DNA from: Bacillota bacterium | Lineage (GTDB): Bacteria > Bacillota > JAAYKD01 | Assembly: GCA_036744005.1 (NCBI GenBank) | Contig: DAINOJ010000012.1 | Span: 180-64,179 of the forward strand | DNA length: 64,000 nucleotides | Reading direction: 5' to 3' | Part shown: positions 27,272 to 37,331 of the stretch, piece after piece | Layout of the letters: each line of letters begins with the position of its first letter | How positions within the stretch are numbered: position 1 is the first letter of the stretch | The notes under the pieces: generated by a model | The model's database searches: none | What the model was told of the DNA's origin: nothing | Seen by the model: the letters and a program-made list of their open reading frames with translations, nothing else | Translations under genes and position numbers: made by a program

Positions 27272-28564
27272 GTGGATGTAAAATTGCTGAAAGAGAAAGT
27301 CTGCGCCGCCATTGATGCCAATGCAGAAAAAATTATCGGTATCGGTGAATCCATTTTTGCCGAACCTGAACTCGGTTATAAAGAGTTTAAGACTGCCACC
27401 AAAGTGAAACAGGTATTCGACGAATTGAACCTTCCATATCAAGATGAAGTCGCCATTACCGGAGTCATCGCCACAGCCAAAGGCAAGGAAAAGCACGCCA
27501 AAGTAGCCCTAATGGGTGAATTGGACGCAATTGTTGCTCCCGGTCATCGTTGTGCAGACCCCAAAACAGGAGCTGCTCATTCCTGTGGGCATCATGTTCA
27601 AACGGCTTCTTTATTGGGTGCGGCCATTGGTTTGGTTCGTTCTGGCGTGATGTCAGAATTATCGGGCGATGTTGCATTCATGGCAGTTCCTTCAGAGGAG
27701 CCGGTTGAACTAGAATTTCGGAATCAGCTCATCAAAGACGGTAAAATTGCCTTCTTGGGTGGGAAACAGGAATTTATTCGCTTAGGTCATTTTGACGATG
27801 TCGACGCCATGGTCATGCAACACTCCACCGGGGGTGATAAAGTGACGGCAGGCGGAGCGGGTGGGATGGGCTTTGTCGCCAAAATCATCCATTATAAAGG
27901 CCAAGAATCGCATGCTGCAAGTCCTTCACAGGGAGTCAACGCCCTCAACGCAGCCAAAGTGGGCTTAGTTGCTGTAGACGCTGTTCGGGATACGTTTAAA
28001 GATGAAGATGGGATTCGTGTACATCCCATTATTACGAAAGGTGGAAATCTAGTCAACGTGGTCCCGGCAGATGTTCGTATTGAAACCTTTGTTCGCGGTC
28101 GAAATCTCCCCGCCATTGAAGATGCCAGCTTCAAAGTCAATCGTGCACTAAAAGCGGGTGCGGACGCTTTGGGGGCCGAAGTCCGTATCTACGATATTCC
28201 CGGTTATATGTTTGCCTTTGAACAACCAACTCTAAAGAAATTGGTACATGAAAACTTCGTCACTTTGGTTGGGGAAGAGAACATTGCCCCCGGACATGGT
28301 TTTACCACAGATGCCAACGATGTTTCGAACTTGGTTCCTACCGTTCATGCAACTGTTGGCGGCATCACCGGTGTTGCCCACAGCTCCAATTACGAAGTAT
28401 CCAATCCTCAATTGGCGTATTTGGTTGCCGCTAAGATGATGGCGATGACCGTCGTCGATTTATTGGCCAATGGAGCGGAAAACGCACTGACCATTCGCTC
28501 CGAATTCAAACCACCTTTGACCAAAGAACAATATTTAAAAGACTGGGGAAAACTCTCCCTCTAA
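27272..28564 (+). CDS. M20D family amidohydrolase (aminoacylase / hippurate-hydrolase-like)
   Basis: 430-aa ORF with a GTG start. It has the metal-binding HSCGHH motif typical of M20D amidohydrolases. Confidence 0.75.
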   Translation: MDVKLLKEKVCAAIDANAEKIIGIGESIFAEPELGYKEFKTATKVKQVFDELNLPYQDEVAITGVIATAKGKEKHAKVALMGELDAIVAPGHRCADPKTGAAHSCGHHVQTASLLGAAIGLVRSGVMSELSGDVAFMAVPSEEPVELEFRNQLIKDGKIAFLGGKQEFIRLGHFDDVDAMVMQHSTGGDKVTAGGAGGMGFVAKIIHYKGQESHAASPSQGVNALNAAKVGLVAVDAVRDTFKDEDGIRVHPIITKGGNLVNVVPADVRIETFVRGRNLPAIEDASFKVNRALKAGADALGAEVRIYDIPGYMFAFEQPTLKKLVHENFVTLVGEENIAPGHGFTTDANDVSNLVPTVHATVGGITGVAHSSNYEVSNPQLAYLVAAKMMAMTVVDLLANGAENALTIRSEFKPPLTKEQYLKDWGKLSL

Positions 28565-28569
28565 ATAAT

Positions 28570-28608
28570 AAACGGCCGCCTCTGTTGTAGAAGCGGCCGT
28601 TATTTTGG
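28570..28608. terminator. Bidirectional rho-independent terminator
   Basis: Stem ACGGCCGC / GCGGCCGT is flanked by an A-run upstream and TATTTT downstream. It sits between convergent genes. Confidence 0.8.
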
Positions 28609-28612
28609 CCTT

Positions 28613-29284
28613 TTAATTATTAGGAGAATTAATCTTATGTGCGATTAAATCCAGCATGCTTTCTTTTTGTTCATAGAAATCGATACCATCGGCAAAATAA
28701 ATCGCTTCACCAAAAATAATCTCTTTTCGATCATGATCCAGATAAATCGGAATAAACGGCAAGTGCTTGCCTGTTTTACTATAGTAATAACGCTCCAAAT
28801 ATAAAAAACCTTCGTATATACTTCTGACCTCTTTATCGGTTGAGGTATAATTTACATCCGGAAAAATCAGGACTTGCTCTCCGGACAACAGCGCCCTAAG
28901 CGTCTCTTTGATGGTTTTGAAGGATTCCATGGAGTTGCGATACACAGGAATCGCCCGCATGGAATCTAAGACATTCACCACAAATGGAGTCAACATCTTA
29001 GCGGCTATTGCTGCCTTCCAAGTAGACCAGCGAAATCGTTGTGTAAAAGTATAGCCAAAATAGTGACGATAACAAGTCACTCGATCCATGAAAACGTGAA
29101 AGACCCACGTGCGCACCGCATGGGGTAGCCATGTCATAACAATCCGAGGACCGGTCAAATTATTGTGACGACATAGCATAACACTGGGAGTAGGAAGATC
29201 ATGATCTGTACGGATTCGATACTGGGGGGTGAACCAACGAACCACCCCACGAACTGCCTTGAACAATCTGCCGTATTCGCTCAT
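28613..29284 (-). CDS. Hypothetical protein (weak resemblance to lysophospholipid acyltransferases)
   Basis: ORF start set at ATG 29284 (RBS AAGGAA 6 nt upstream); the track's longer version begins with TTG. No definitive motif was found. Confidence 0.4.
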   Translation of the reverse strand: MSEYGRLFKAVRGVVRWFTPQYRIRTDHDLPTPSVMLCRHNNLTGPRIVMTWLPHAVRTWVFHVFMDRVTCYRHYFGYTFTQRFRWSTWKAAIAAKMLTPFVVNVLDSMRAIPVYRNSMESFKTIKETLRALLSGEQVLIFPDVNYTSTDKEVRSIYEGFLYLERYYYSKTGKHLPFIPIYLDHDRKEIIFGEAIYFADGIDFYEQKESMLDLIAHKINSPNN

Positions 29285-29471
29285 AGGAAATTCCTTTCTA
29301 TCGGCTATCGATTCTTTTGCTTTCAATTCGCCTTTTCATCGATTTTTTCCTTGTGTCGAATGGGTAAAGAACCCGTTCGTCGTAAAGAAGAACGGTTCTT
29401 TGTTTTCCGACAATTCGAACAAGGAATTATTCGATTCAGGAAAGAATCCTTCTCTCAAGGAGGTGCTAACC

Positions 29472-30488
29472 ATGCTAGATATCCTTGCCCTCGGAGAGTT
29501 TCTTATAGACTTTACCGCTTTGTCCAACCAACAATACCAAGCAAATCCAGGCGGTGCTCCGGTGAATGTTCTCATCGCCGCCAGTTTTATGCACCGGAGC
29601 ACCGGTTTTATTGGTAAAATTGGTTCAGACTACTTTGGTGATGTATTGGCAGACACCTTAAAACAATACGGCGTATCCACTCATGGATTGAGTCGTTGCC
29701 CTCATATACCCACGACCCTCGCTTTTGTTCACTTGAATGCACAAGGAGAACGTTCTTTTACCTTTTTTCGAAATCCTGGGGCAGATACTCAGTTAGCTCC
29801 TCAGGATATGGACCCTATTTATCTTGAATCATGCCAGTTGTTTCATTTTGGTTCTTTGTCACTTACCCATTCTCCCGCAAAAGAAGCCACAGAAATGGCT
29901 CTGAAGAGGGTGCGTTCTGCTCATAAATTGGTCTCATACGACCCAAACCTTCGACCTTTATTGTGGTCTCACTTACCAGAAGAGGAATGCCGGAGACGAA
30001 TCCTCTGGGGCTTTTACCAAGCAAATGTAGTAAAAGTGAGTGAGGAAGAACTACTCTGGCTTTTTCCCGGCAAATCTCTGAGACAAGGCTTGAGCGAAGT
30101 GCATGCCATGGGACCCTCTTTGGTTTTTTTAACCTTCGGTCCAGACGGTAGTGTAGCGTCTTATATGGGAAACACGGTATATCATCCGGCATTTAGCGTT
30201 CCTGTTGTGGACACAACCGGTGCTGGGGATGCCTTTTTCGGCTGTGTGCTCGGCTTATTATGGAAAGACGACCGGCCGGTGATTTCGTTCCATATGAACG
30301 AATTACATACCATCTTACGTTACGCAAACGCGGCAGGTGCTCTCTGTTGTAGCCGATTTGGTGCAATACCGGCTATGGCTTCGGCGGATGAAATTCACTT
30401 GGCTCAACAAACTCTATCTTTAAAAGAACCCACTCGTTTCACGAATATAGATGAATGGTTAGAAACAACCGGAAAGGACCTCGCATGA
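29472..30488 (+). CDS. PfkB family carbohydrate kinase (fructokinase-like)
   Basis: Start at ATG 29472 with RBS AAGGAGGTG 6 nt upstream. N-terminal GG dipeptide region and the C-terminal ribokinase signature DTTGAGDAF are present. Confidence 0.8.
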   Translation: MLDILALGEFLIDFTALSNQQYQANPGGAPVNVLIAASFMHRSTGFIGKIGSDYFGDVLADTLKQYGVSTHGLSRCPHIPTTLAFVHLNAQGERSFTFFRNPGADTQLAPQDMDPIYLESCQLFHFGSLSLTHSPAKEATEMALKRVRSAHKLVSYDPNLRPLLWSHLPEEECRRRILWGFYQANVVKVSEEELLWLFPGKSLRQGLSEVHAMGPSLVFLTFGPDGSVASYMGNTVYHPAFSVPVVDTTGAGDAFFGCVLGLLWKDDRPVISFHMNELHTILRYANAAGALCCSRFGAIPAMASADEIHLAQQTLSLKEPTRFTNIDEWLETTGKDLA

Positions 30489-31174
30489 AACGCTCTGAAA
30501 TCAATCGGTCTATTGACCAAGCTCTAGCACTGTGTCAAGAGTACTGTATTCAACTGCCACCCTTTGCTTTCTTCACTCCTGCAGACTGGCTGCAAAAGAG
30601 CAAAGAATACGACGAGATTCGGGATTGCATGTTGGGTTGGGATATTACCGATTATGGATTAAACCGGTTCGAGGAGATTGGTTTAACCCTCATCACCTTG
30701 CGCAATGGCATAAGGAATTCTTTGGTTTACTCGAAACCTTATGCAGAAAAAATACTCATCAGCCAGGAAAATCAAGTGTGTCCCATGCATTTCCACTGGC
30801 ATAAATGCGAAGACATCATCCACCGCAATGGGGGAATCCTGATGATGCAATTGTATTCGGCCGATGCCCAAGATGGCTTATCAACCCAACCGGTGTCGGT
30901 TCAGCAGGATGGTCGTCGATATGAGGTTGCTGCAGGCACGATTTTGGAACTATTACCGGGGGAAAGCATTACCCTGCCAGCACGTTGTTATCATGCTTTT
31001 TGGGCCAAAGCCGGTCATGGACCTGTTCTCATTGGTGAAGTCTCCATGGTGAACGATGATCACAATGACAATTGTTTTCTGGAACCCATTGGACGTTTCC
31101 CCACAATTGAAGAGGATGAGCCTCCACGACACCTCCTTTGCACCGAATATCCGCGAAAGGATGGTTCTCGTTGA
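30485..31174 (+). CDS. Cupin-type sugar isomerase (D-lyxose/D-mannose ketol-isomerase-like)
   Basis: Metal-binding cupin motif MHFHWHKCEDIIHRNGG; length about 229 aa. The start overlaps the kinase stop (ATGA). Confidence 0.55.
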   Translation: MKRSEINRSIDQALALCQEYCIQLPPFAFFTPADWLQKSKEYDEIRDCMLGWDITDYGLNRFEEIGLTLITLRNGIRNSLVYSKPYAEKILISQENQVCPMHFHWHKCEDIIHRNGGILMMQLYSADAQDGLSTQPVSVQQDGRRYEVAAGTILELLPGESITLPARCYHAFWAKAGHGPVLIGEVSMVNDDHNDNCFLEPIGRFPTIEEDEPPRHLLCTEYPRKDGSR

Positions 31175-31869
31175 GTATCTTAAAACCTTCGTTACCTACG
31201 GATCTTCGCACCGTATTCACCTTGAGTGAGTCTTTGGAACGCTATCAGCGTGATGACGAGTTGGTGGAGAACTCCCTGTTCCTTCAAGAGAAGTGGCCAA
31301 TCAGACTTTATACCCCCATTTCGGTACAGGCTTGCCTGTTTCGTAAATGTGATTTCTCTTTGTCTCAATTACATAAAGCTTCTTTTCGTCACGTGGTCTT
31401 CGAACACTGCGATTTTTCAAATGTAATGTGGACAGAATGTCGGTATGAACGAGTCGAGTTTCGCCAATGTAAATTTATGGGTAGTGTCTTCAGTGCGGCA
31501 CTCTGGCGTCATGTATTGTTTGAAGAGATCTCTGGGGAATACTGTAGTTTATCTGGCGGTGACTTCGATAAAATACATTTCAAACAGTGTTCTGTGACCA
31601 ATAGTTCTTTCAGCGATTGTAAATGGAAGCAGGTTCAGTTCGATAAAACCGATTTGACATCATGCGAGTTTCTGCACACTTCCCTAAAAGGAGTGGATTT
31701 ACGGGATTGCCAGTTAAATGGGATACGTTTAGCGGGACCCGAATTGCGAGGTGCGATGGTTACCTCACTACAGGCGGTTGAATTATCTCGCTTTTTGGGT
31801 CTGGAGATCAACGATGACCCAATTATCTGCAAAGTCCGACACGATTTTCGAAGTAGAAACCCGTCATAA
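31171..31869 (+). CDS. Pentapeptide-repeat protein
   Basis: Tandem A(D/N)LxX-type pentapeptide repeats (CDFSN, CKFMG, SFSDC, LRDCQ and others). Start tentatively placed at TTG 31171 (RBS AAAGGATGG; TTGA overlap with the upstream stop). Confidence 0.65.
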   Translation: MSILKPSLPTDLRTVFTLSESLERYQRDDELVENSLFLQEKWPIRLYTPISVQACLFRKCDFSLSQLHKASFRHVVFEHCDFSNVMWTECRYERVEFRQCKFMGSVFSAALWRHVLFEEISGEYCSLSGGDFDKIHFKQCSVTNSSFSDCKWKQVQFDKTDLTSCEFLHTSLKGVDLRDCQLNGIRLAGPELRGAMVTSLQAVELSRFLGLEINDDPIICKVRHDFRSRNPS

Positions 31870-31933
31870 AATCCCATAGAATTAAAATGATAGAGTCTCT
31901 TTGTTGGCATAATTAAAAAATGGAGGTAGAAAC

Positions 31934-34849
31934 ATGAAGTTACGGAAAATGTGGCTCAACATCAATGGCGTCAACCGTATTTTTATCTGCAATCCGGAAA
32001 AGGATTCTTTAGCCGATGTTTTGCGGCGTATCGGTCTAACAGGCACCAAAATCGGATGCGGAACTGGGGTTTGCGGCTCCTGCTCTGTGATTCTCGATGG
32101 GGAAGTCATTCGTTCTTGTGTGCGAAAAATCAAAACGGTCAAAGAATACAGCAAAATTATCACCATTGAAGGAATCGGTACCCCTACCTATCAGCACCCC
32201 TTGCAAGTAGCATTCATGAATTGCGGTGCAGTCCAATGTGGTTTTTGTTCCCCAGGATTCATTGTCGCTGCTTATGCTCTCTTAGAAAAGAACAACAATC
32301 CCTCCCGTAACGAAGTACGTCAATGGTTCCAAAAGCATCGCAATATTTGCCGTTGCACCGGGTATAAGCAAATCGTCGACGCGGTCATGGCCGCTGCCAA
32401 AGTCGTTCGCGGTGAAGCTACCATCGATGAGATTACCTTCCAATTGCCGGAAGACAACGAATACTACGGCAAACCTCTTGTTCGCCCCAATGCTTTGGCT
32501 AAGGTAACCGGTACTGCCGATTATGGTGATGATCAGGAATTAAAAATGCCTGCGGAATCCTTACATGCCGTTATGGTACAACCCCGTGTGGCGCATCACG
32601 CTAAAATACTAAAAATAGATACAGAAGAAGCTTCCCAAATGCCCGGAGTCGTCAAAATCGTGACTCATAAAGAATTGAAAGAAGCCGGCGGCACCAATGT
32701 GATGGCGGAAGGTCAATTCCACGAAAGAACCACGGTTATGGTACCTAGCCGCAAAGTGTTATGTGAAGATCGAATTTATCGTTATGGCGATGCTGTTGCC
32801 GTTGTGGTGGCGGACACCAAAGATCATGCCCGTGCTGCTGCAGAAAAGGTAAAAGTAGAAATCGAACAACTTCCTGAATACTTGAGTTATTTGGAAGCCG
32901 TTATGCCCGATGCCATACGCATTCACGAAGATACCCCCAATATTTTCTGTGTTCAGCCCACTCTGAAAGGTGTAGGGTTGGAAGATCCCAACAAAGTAGC
33001 AGAAGTCATTGATGATTCTGTTTATAGTGTGGAGGGAAGTTTCCACTCTACCCGCGAACCCCATCTTTCTGTTGAAGGCGATACCATTCAGGCTTACTTT
33101 GATGAAGAGGATAATTTAACCTTCCAATGCAAATCCCAGGGTGTTTATTCCTCCTTAGGTCGTATTGGTGACTCTTTGGGCGTTCCCAAAGCCAAAATGC
33201 GCATCATTATGAACCCTACCGGTGGTTCATTTGGCTGGTCCACGAATGCCGGGGATTTGGTCTTAGCCGGTGCTGCCGCCGTTGTCACCAAAATGCCGGT
33301 TGCACTTTCCATGACCTATGAAGAGCATCATCATTACAGCGGGAAACGCTGCCCCTCTTATTCCAACGCTCGTTTGGCTTGCGATGCTGCCGGGAAAATC
33401 ACAGCAGCAGAGTTTGATTTTGGATACGACCATGGTGCTTATTCTTGGGGTGGAGACGACTTAATCACCAAACCGGCACGATTTGCTTTCTTCCCTTATA
33501 GCATTCCCAATGTAGCCGGATTATCAAGAATTGCCAATACCAACCATAACTATGGTACTGCATATCGTGCTTATGGCTCACCACAAGCATATACAATGGG
33601 CGAGGCCATGATGGATCTGCTTGCTGAAAAAGCAGGTATCGATCCGTTTGAGTTCCGTTGGAGAAACATTGCCAGAGAAGGCGAAACCAATATCAATAGC
33701 TATCCGTTCCGTCAATACCCCATGGAAAAAATCATGGAAACCATGAAACCTCATTACGATCGAGCTGTAGCCGAAGCGAAAGCTGCGACAACACCTGAAA
33801 AACGTCGAGGAGTCGGCCTTTCATGGGGTGGTTTTAACGTAACAGAAGGTGGTACCGATAAAGCGACAGTAGCCCTTGAGATTGCTCCAAATGGTATGTT
33901 CTACAAGTATGATACCTACCAAAACTTGGGACAGGGCGGAGACATCGGCTCTTTAATGCTGACTCTTGAAGCGTTAAAACCATTGAAGGTAAAGCCGGAC
34001 CAAATACGTCTGATCCAAAACGATACGAAGATCTGTCCGGATAGCGGTATGTCGGGTGCCAGCAGAACCCATTTCATGAGCGGTAACGCCACGAAAATTG
34101 CCGGAGAAAAACTCATGGATGCCATGAGAAAGCCCGATGGAACTTATCGAACCTATGAAGAAATGGTCGCCGAAGGGCTACCGACCAAGTATGAAGGGAC
34201 CTTCTCCAATACATCCATCCCCGGGCTATGTCGATTAGATCCCAACACGGGAATCGGTGATCCCACTCCGGCTTATACTTACATTTTAAATATGGCAGAA
34301 GTGGAAGTCGATACTGCTACTGGGAAGACAACTGTGCTTCGCTTTACTGCTGTTGACGATGTAGGTAAAATTGGCAACATTGATGCCGTAAACGGTCAGG
34401 CTTATGGCGGTATCTCTCATGCAATTGGTTTTGCCTTGAGCGAAAATTATGATGATGTCAAAAAGCATACCAATCCCTTGACCAGTGGAGTACCCTATAT
34501 TCTGGATATTCCCGATGAAATTGAAGTCATTCACTATGAACGTCCCGATGAAGCAGGTCCCTTTGGATCCTCTGGTGCTTCTGAGGCCTTCCAATCTTCT
34601 GGTCATGTTGCCGTATTGAATGCCATCCACAACGCTTGCGGTGTTCGTATTTACGAAATGCCCGCTACCCCAGAGAAGGTCAAAGCCGGTCTCGAAATTC
34701 TGGCTAAAGGCGGCAAAATTCTGCCAACCAAATACTTCCTTGGCTCTGATCTCTATGAAGAGCTAGAGAACATCAAAGCCAACCCTGTCAAAGTCGGGGC
34801 TGAAGATTACTTCGTGCCGTTGGGTACCGGAGCAGAAAAATTCTTCTAA
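31934..34849 (+). CDS. Xanthine dehydrogenase family molybdenum hydroxylase with fused N-terminal [2Fe-2S] domains and a molybdopterin-binding catalytic domain (no FAD domain)
   Basis: 971-aa ORF. N-terminal plant-type ferredoxin cluster motif CGTGVCGSCSV and second cluster motifs CGFCSPG..CRCTGY are followed by aldehyde-oxidase/XDH a/b hammerhead and Mo-cofactor-binding regions. RBS GGAGG is 7 nt upstream. Confidence 0.85.
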   Translation: MKLRKMWLNINGVNRIFICNPEKDSLADVLRRIGLTGTKIGCGTGVCGSCSVILDGEVIRSCVRKIKTVKEYSKIITIEGIGTPTYQHPLQVAFMNCGAVQCGFCSPGFIVAAYALLEKNNNPSRNEVRQWFQKHRNICRCTGYKQIVDAVMAAAKVVRGEATIDEITFQLPEDNEYYGKPLVRPNALAKVTGTADYGDDQELKMPAESLHAVMVQPRVAHHAKILKIDTEEASQMPGVVKIVTHKELKEAGGTNVMAEGQFHERTTVMVPSRKVLCEDRIYRYGDAVAVVVADTKDHARAAAEKVKVEIEQLPEYLSYLEAVMPDAIRIHEDTPNIFCVQPTLKGVGLEDPNKVAEVIDDSVYSVEGSFHSTREPHLSVEGDTIQAYFDEEDNLTFQCKSQGVYSSLGRIGDSLGVPKAKMRIIMNPTGGSFGWSTNAGDLVLAGAAAVVTKMPVALSMTYEEHHHYSGKRCPSYSNARLACDAAGKITAAEFDFGYDHGAYSWGGDDLITKPARFAFFPYSIPNVAGLSRIANTNHNYGTAYRAYGSPQAYTMGEAMMDLLAEKAGIDPFEFRWRNIAREGETNINSYPFRQYPMEKIMETMKPHYDRAVAEAKAATTPEKRRGVGLSWGGFNVTEGGTDKATVALEIAPNGMFYKYDTYQNLGQGGDIGSLMLTLEALKPLKVKPDQIRLIQNDTKICPDSGMSGASRTHFMSGNATKIAGEKLMDAMRKPDGTYRTYEEMVAEGLPTKYEGTFSNTSIPGLCRLDPNTGIGDPTPAYTYILNMAEVEVDTATGKTTVLRFTAVDDVGKIGNIDAVNGQAYGGISHAIGFALSENYDDVKKHTNPLTSGVPYILDIPDEIEVIHYERPDEAGPFGSSGASEAFQSSGHVAVLNAIHNACGVRIYEMPATPEKVKAGLEILAKGGKILPTKYFLGSDLYEELENIKANPVKVGAEDYFVPLGTGAEKFF

Positions 34850-34936
34850 AAACAAACATCAACCACCGTTGGGGAGGGGATGCTTTACCCACAATGGGCG
34901 AACATCTCCTCCCTCCCCCATATAAAGGAGGATACG

Positions 34937-37126
34937 ATGCGCGAATTTCAAGAAATTCTCAAAGATTGTTTACGTGACGAACCTCCTTTTTGTACATCGG
35001 TTTGTCCATTTGACTTAGATATTCGAGATTTTATCGTTAAGTTACAACGAGGTAGTTTCAACGGAGCATTTCGTTTGTATCAGAATACAGTGGGATTCCC
35101 TGGAATTGTTTCTAAAATTTGTCCCCATCCCTGTCATAACGCTTGTATTCGTAAACAAACCGATGAAACGATTGATTTGCAACGACTGGAACAAGCTGCT
35201 GTATCTTTTGCGAACAATACCACGCCAAACCGTTATTTCTTGCCGGCAAAAGGAAAGAAAATTGCCATTATTGGTGCAGGTCTGGGTGGTTTGGGAGCTG
35301 CTTTGCGTTTAACCGCCAGAAAATATGACGTTGAGATGTACGAAAAAAGCTCTCGACTTGGTGGAAGTCTCTGGAATCTGCTACCCCCTGAAGATTTTCT
35401 ACCCGATATTCAAAAACAATTTGAAAACGAGCAGTTCACCATTCACTTCAATACAGAGATAACTTCTTTCAATCAAATCTCTGCCGATGCCATATTGATT
35501 GCCACCGGTTCAAAGGGACCTACCTTTTCAGATCAACCGGGTGTGTTTCGGTGTGCAACCGGTCACCCTGTAGAAGCGCTTGCTTCAGGATTGGTTATGG
35601 CCGGTGCTATAGAAGGATTTTTGAAATCCGGAGTGATGCGTTTGCCGGAACCAAAACCACCCACTCGTTTGGTCATGGACCCACAGTTCATTCATCCCTT
35701 GCCGAGTACACTTTCACCCAATGGAACACTCAGCAAAGAGGAAGCTATTACAGAATCTCGAAGATGCCTAAAGTGTCAGTGTGATGCTTGTATACGCCAC
35801 TGTGACTTAATGAAGTTTTACGGGAAAGCTCCAAAGCGTATCGAAGAGGAAGTGGAGATCACCATTCATCCCGGCACATTAGATGGAAACGGAACCGTGG
35901 CGACACGACTCATCGCCACTTGTAATCATTGCGACGTTTGCAAGCTCGTTTGTCCTCAGGGCATCGATACCGGGGCGTTCTTGTTACAAAGTCACCGTGC
36001 CATGGAAGAAAAAGGAGCCATGCCTTGGGTCTTCCACGAGTTTTGGTTAAGAGATATGAACTTCTCCAATGGTGAGGAAGCTGCTGTTCGTTTTCAACCG
36101 CCAGGATACTCAGCCTCCCCTTGGATGTATGTACCCGGCTGCCGTTTAGGTGGCAGTGACCCGAATTATGTGTTACATAGTTATGAATACATGCTTCAGG
36201 AAGCCCCCAACACCGCGTTGTTGCTGAATTGTTGTGGTGCACCGGCTCTATGGGCAGGGCAGCAACCGGTTTTTGAACAGACATTGAATCAAATCCGTGC
36301 AGATTGGATCTCGTTTGGAAAACCCACTGCTGTTTTTGCTTGTAGTACGTGTCAAAGAATCTATGGAGATTATTTACCGGAGATTCCCGGGGTTTCCATT
36401 TTCGAGTGGATGAACGAGCGTCATTATACCCCACCCCTAAAGGAAAATCTTCCTGTATGTGTCTTTGATCCTTGTCAATCGGCGGGACACCCGGAAATAC
36501 AGCAAGCGGTTCGCGATTTGGTCCGTCGGAGTGGTCACAACATTGCTCAAGAATTGGATCTTCCTCTATGCTGCGGCTGGGGGGGGCAAGTTTCCATTGC
36601 AAATCCAAAATATTTTGAAGGCGTGGTTCGTAGTCGGAGTGCGGATAGTACTCTTCCCTATGTGACGTATTGCGCCAATTGCCGAGATGTATTTGCCTCT
36701 TCTGGTAAATCTGCCTTTCACATCTTTGACCTATTATTTAGATTAAACCATACCCCCGAATCCTCAGCCGAGTTGCGTGGCGCGCCCAGTCCCAGCTTAT
36801 CTCGGCAAAACCGACGTCAATTAAAAACGCAGCTGTATCAACGTTATTTTGGGGAGGAATGGAAGATGTCTCAACCTCAACTTCGCTTACTCATTCGGGA
36901 AGAACTTAAGGAGAAACTGAATCGTTCCATGATACTTATCGAAGATTTGGAATCCGTGGTGGCTTATTGCGAGAAGACCGATGCTAAAATTCAGCATTCC
37001 GATGGTAGCTTTTCCGGGTATTTAATGATTGGTCAAATGACGTTTTGGGTGCAGTATCGCCTTTGTGATCAGGGGTTCATCTTGGAAAATGCTTATTGTC
37101 ACCGGATGCAGATTGGAGAGTCTTAA
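34937..37126 (+). CDS. Multidomain oxidoreductase: GltD/DPD-like FAD-binding module, two 4Fe-4S ferredoxin motifs and two C-terminal CCG domains (HdrD/GlpC-like)
   Basis: N-terminal Fe-S region (CTSVCP...CPHPCHNAC). FAD dinucleotide fold (KIAIIGAGLGGLGAA). 4Fe-4S motifs (CLKCQCDACIRHC and CNHCDVCKLVCP). CCG motifs (LLLNCCGAPALW, LPLCCGWGGQ). Start at ATG 34937 with RBS GGAGG 5 nt upstream. Confidence 0.7.
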   Translation: MREFQEILKDCLRDEPPFCTSVCPFDLDIRDFIVKLQRGSFNGAFRLYQNTVGFPGIVSKICPHPCHNACIRKQTDETIDLQRLEQAAVSFANNTTPNRYFLPAKGKKIAIIGAGLGGLGAALRLTARKYDVEMYEKSSRLGGSLWNLLPPEDFLPDIQKQFENEQFTIHFNTEITSFNQISADAILIATGSKGPTFSDQPGVFRCATGHPVEALASGLVMAGAIEGFLKSGVMRLPEPKPPTRLVMDPQFIHPLPSTLSPNGTLSKEEAITESRRCLKCQCDACIRHCDLMKFYGKAPKRIEEEVEITIHPGTLDGNGTVATRLIATCNHCDVCKLVCPQGIDTGAFLLQSHRAMEEKGAMPWVFHEFWLRDMNFSNGEEAAVRFQPPGYSASPWMYVPGCRLGGSDPNYVLHSYEYMLQEAPNTALLLNCCGAPALWAGQQPVFEQTLNQIRADWISFGKPTAVFACSTCQRIYGDYLPEIPGVSIFEWMNERHYTPPLKENLPVCVFDPCQSAGHPEIQQAVRDLVRRSGHNIAQELDLPLCCGWGGQVSIANPKYFEGVVRSRSADSTLPYVTYCANCRDVFASSGKSAFHIFDLLFRLNHTPESSAELRGAPSPSLSRQNRRQLKTQLYQRYFGEEWKMSQPQLRLLIREELKEKLNRSMILIEDLESVVAYCEKTDAKIQHSDGSFSGYLMIGQMTFWVQYRLCDQGFILENAYCHRMQIGES

Positions 37127-37127
37127 A

Positions 37128-37331
37128 ATGGAACAGAAAACAGAAAAAGAACCCTTAATCTGCCATCGATGTCAGATGCCATTAATGGAAACGAAAACTT
37201 TTTTCAAGTATCTGGGTCACAGTTTTCATACCGATATCCCTACCTGTCCCAAATGTGGATTGGTTTATATTTCTGAAGCATTGGCGAAAGGACGCATGGC
37301 CCAGGTGGAACAGGAATTGGAGGACAAATAA
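37128..37331 (+). CDS. Small YgiT-type zinc-finger protein
   Basis: 67 aa with CHRC...17...CPKCGLVY, matching the MqsA-N-terminal/YgiT zinc ribbon pattern. RBS GGAGAG is 7 nt upstream. It begins 2 nt after the upstream stop. Confidence 0.5.
   Translation: MEQKTEKEPLICHRCQMPLMETKTFFKYLGHSFHTDIPTCPKCGLVYISEALAKGRMAQVEQELEDK

Noticed and set aside
29285-29326. Longer 5' extension of the minus-strand hypothetical gene (track start 29326) and similar TTG-initiated extensions of dnaA (56877) and recF (54116)
   Set aside because: The extended versions start with TTG and lack an RBS. Internal ATGs at 29284, 56814 and 54089 have good RBS spacing or coupling with the upstream stop, and give family-typical lengths.
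35910-36608. 232-aa minus-strand ORF
   Set aside because: It is antisense within the FAD/FeS/CCG oxidoreductase gene, has unusual composition and lacks an RBS, so it is spurious.
37128-37331. Small Cys-containing ORF upstream of the radical SAM gene as a RiPP precursor peptide
   Set aside because: Its four cysteines form a classic CxxC...CxxCG zinc-ribbon (YgiT/MqsA-N-terminal pattern) rather than a Cys-rich core peptide. No peptidase or exporter typical of RiPP clusters is present, and the rSAM lacks an obvious SPASM-type RiPP signature.
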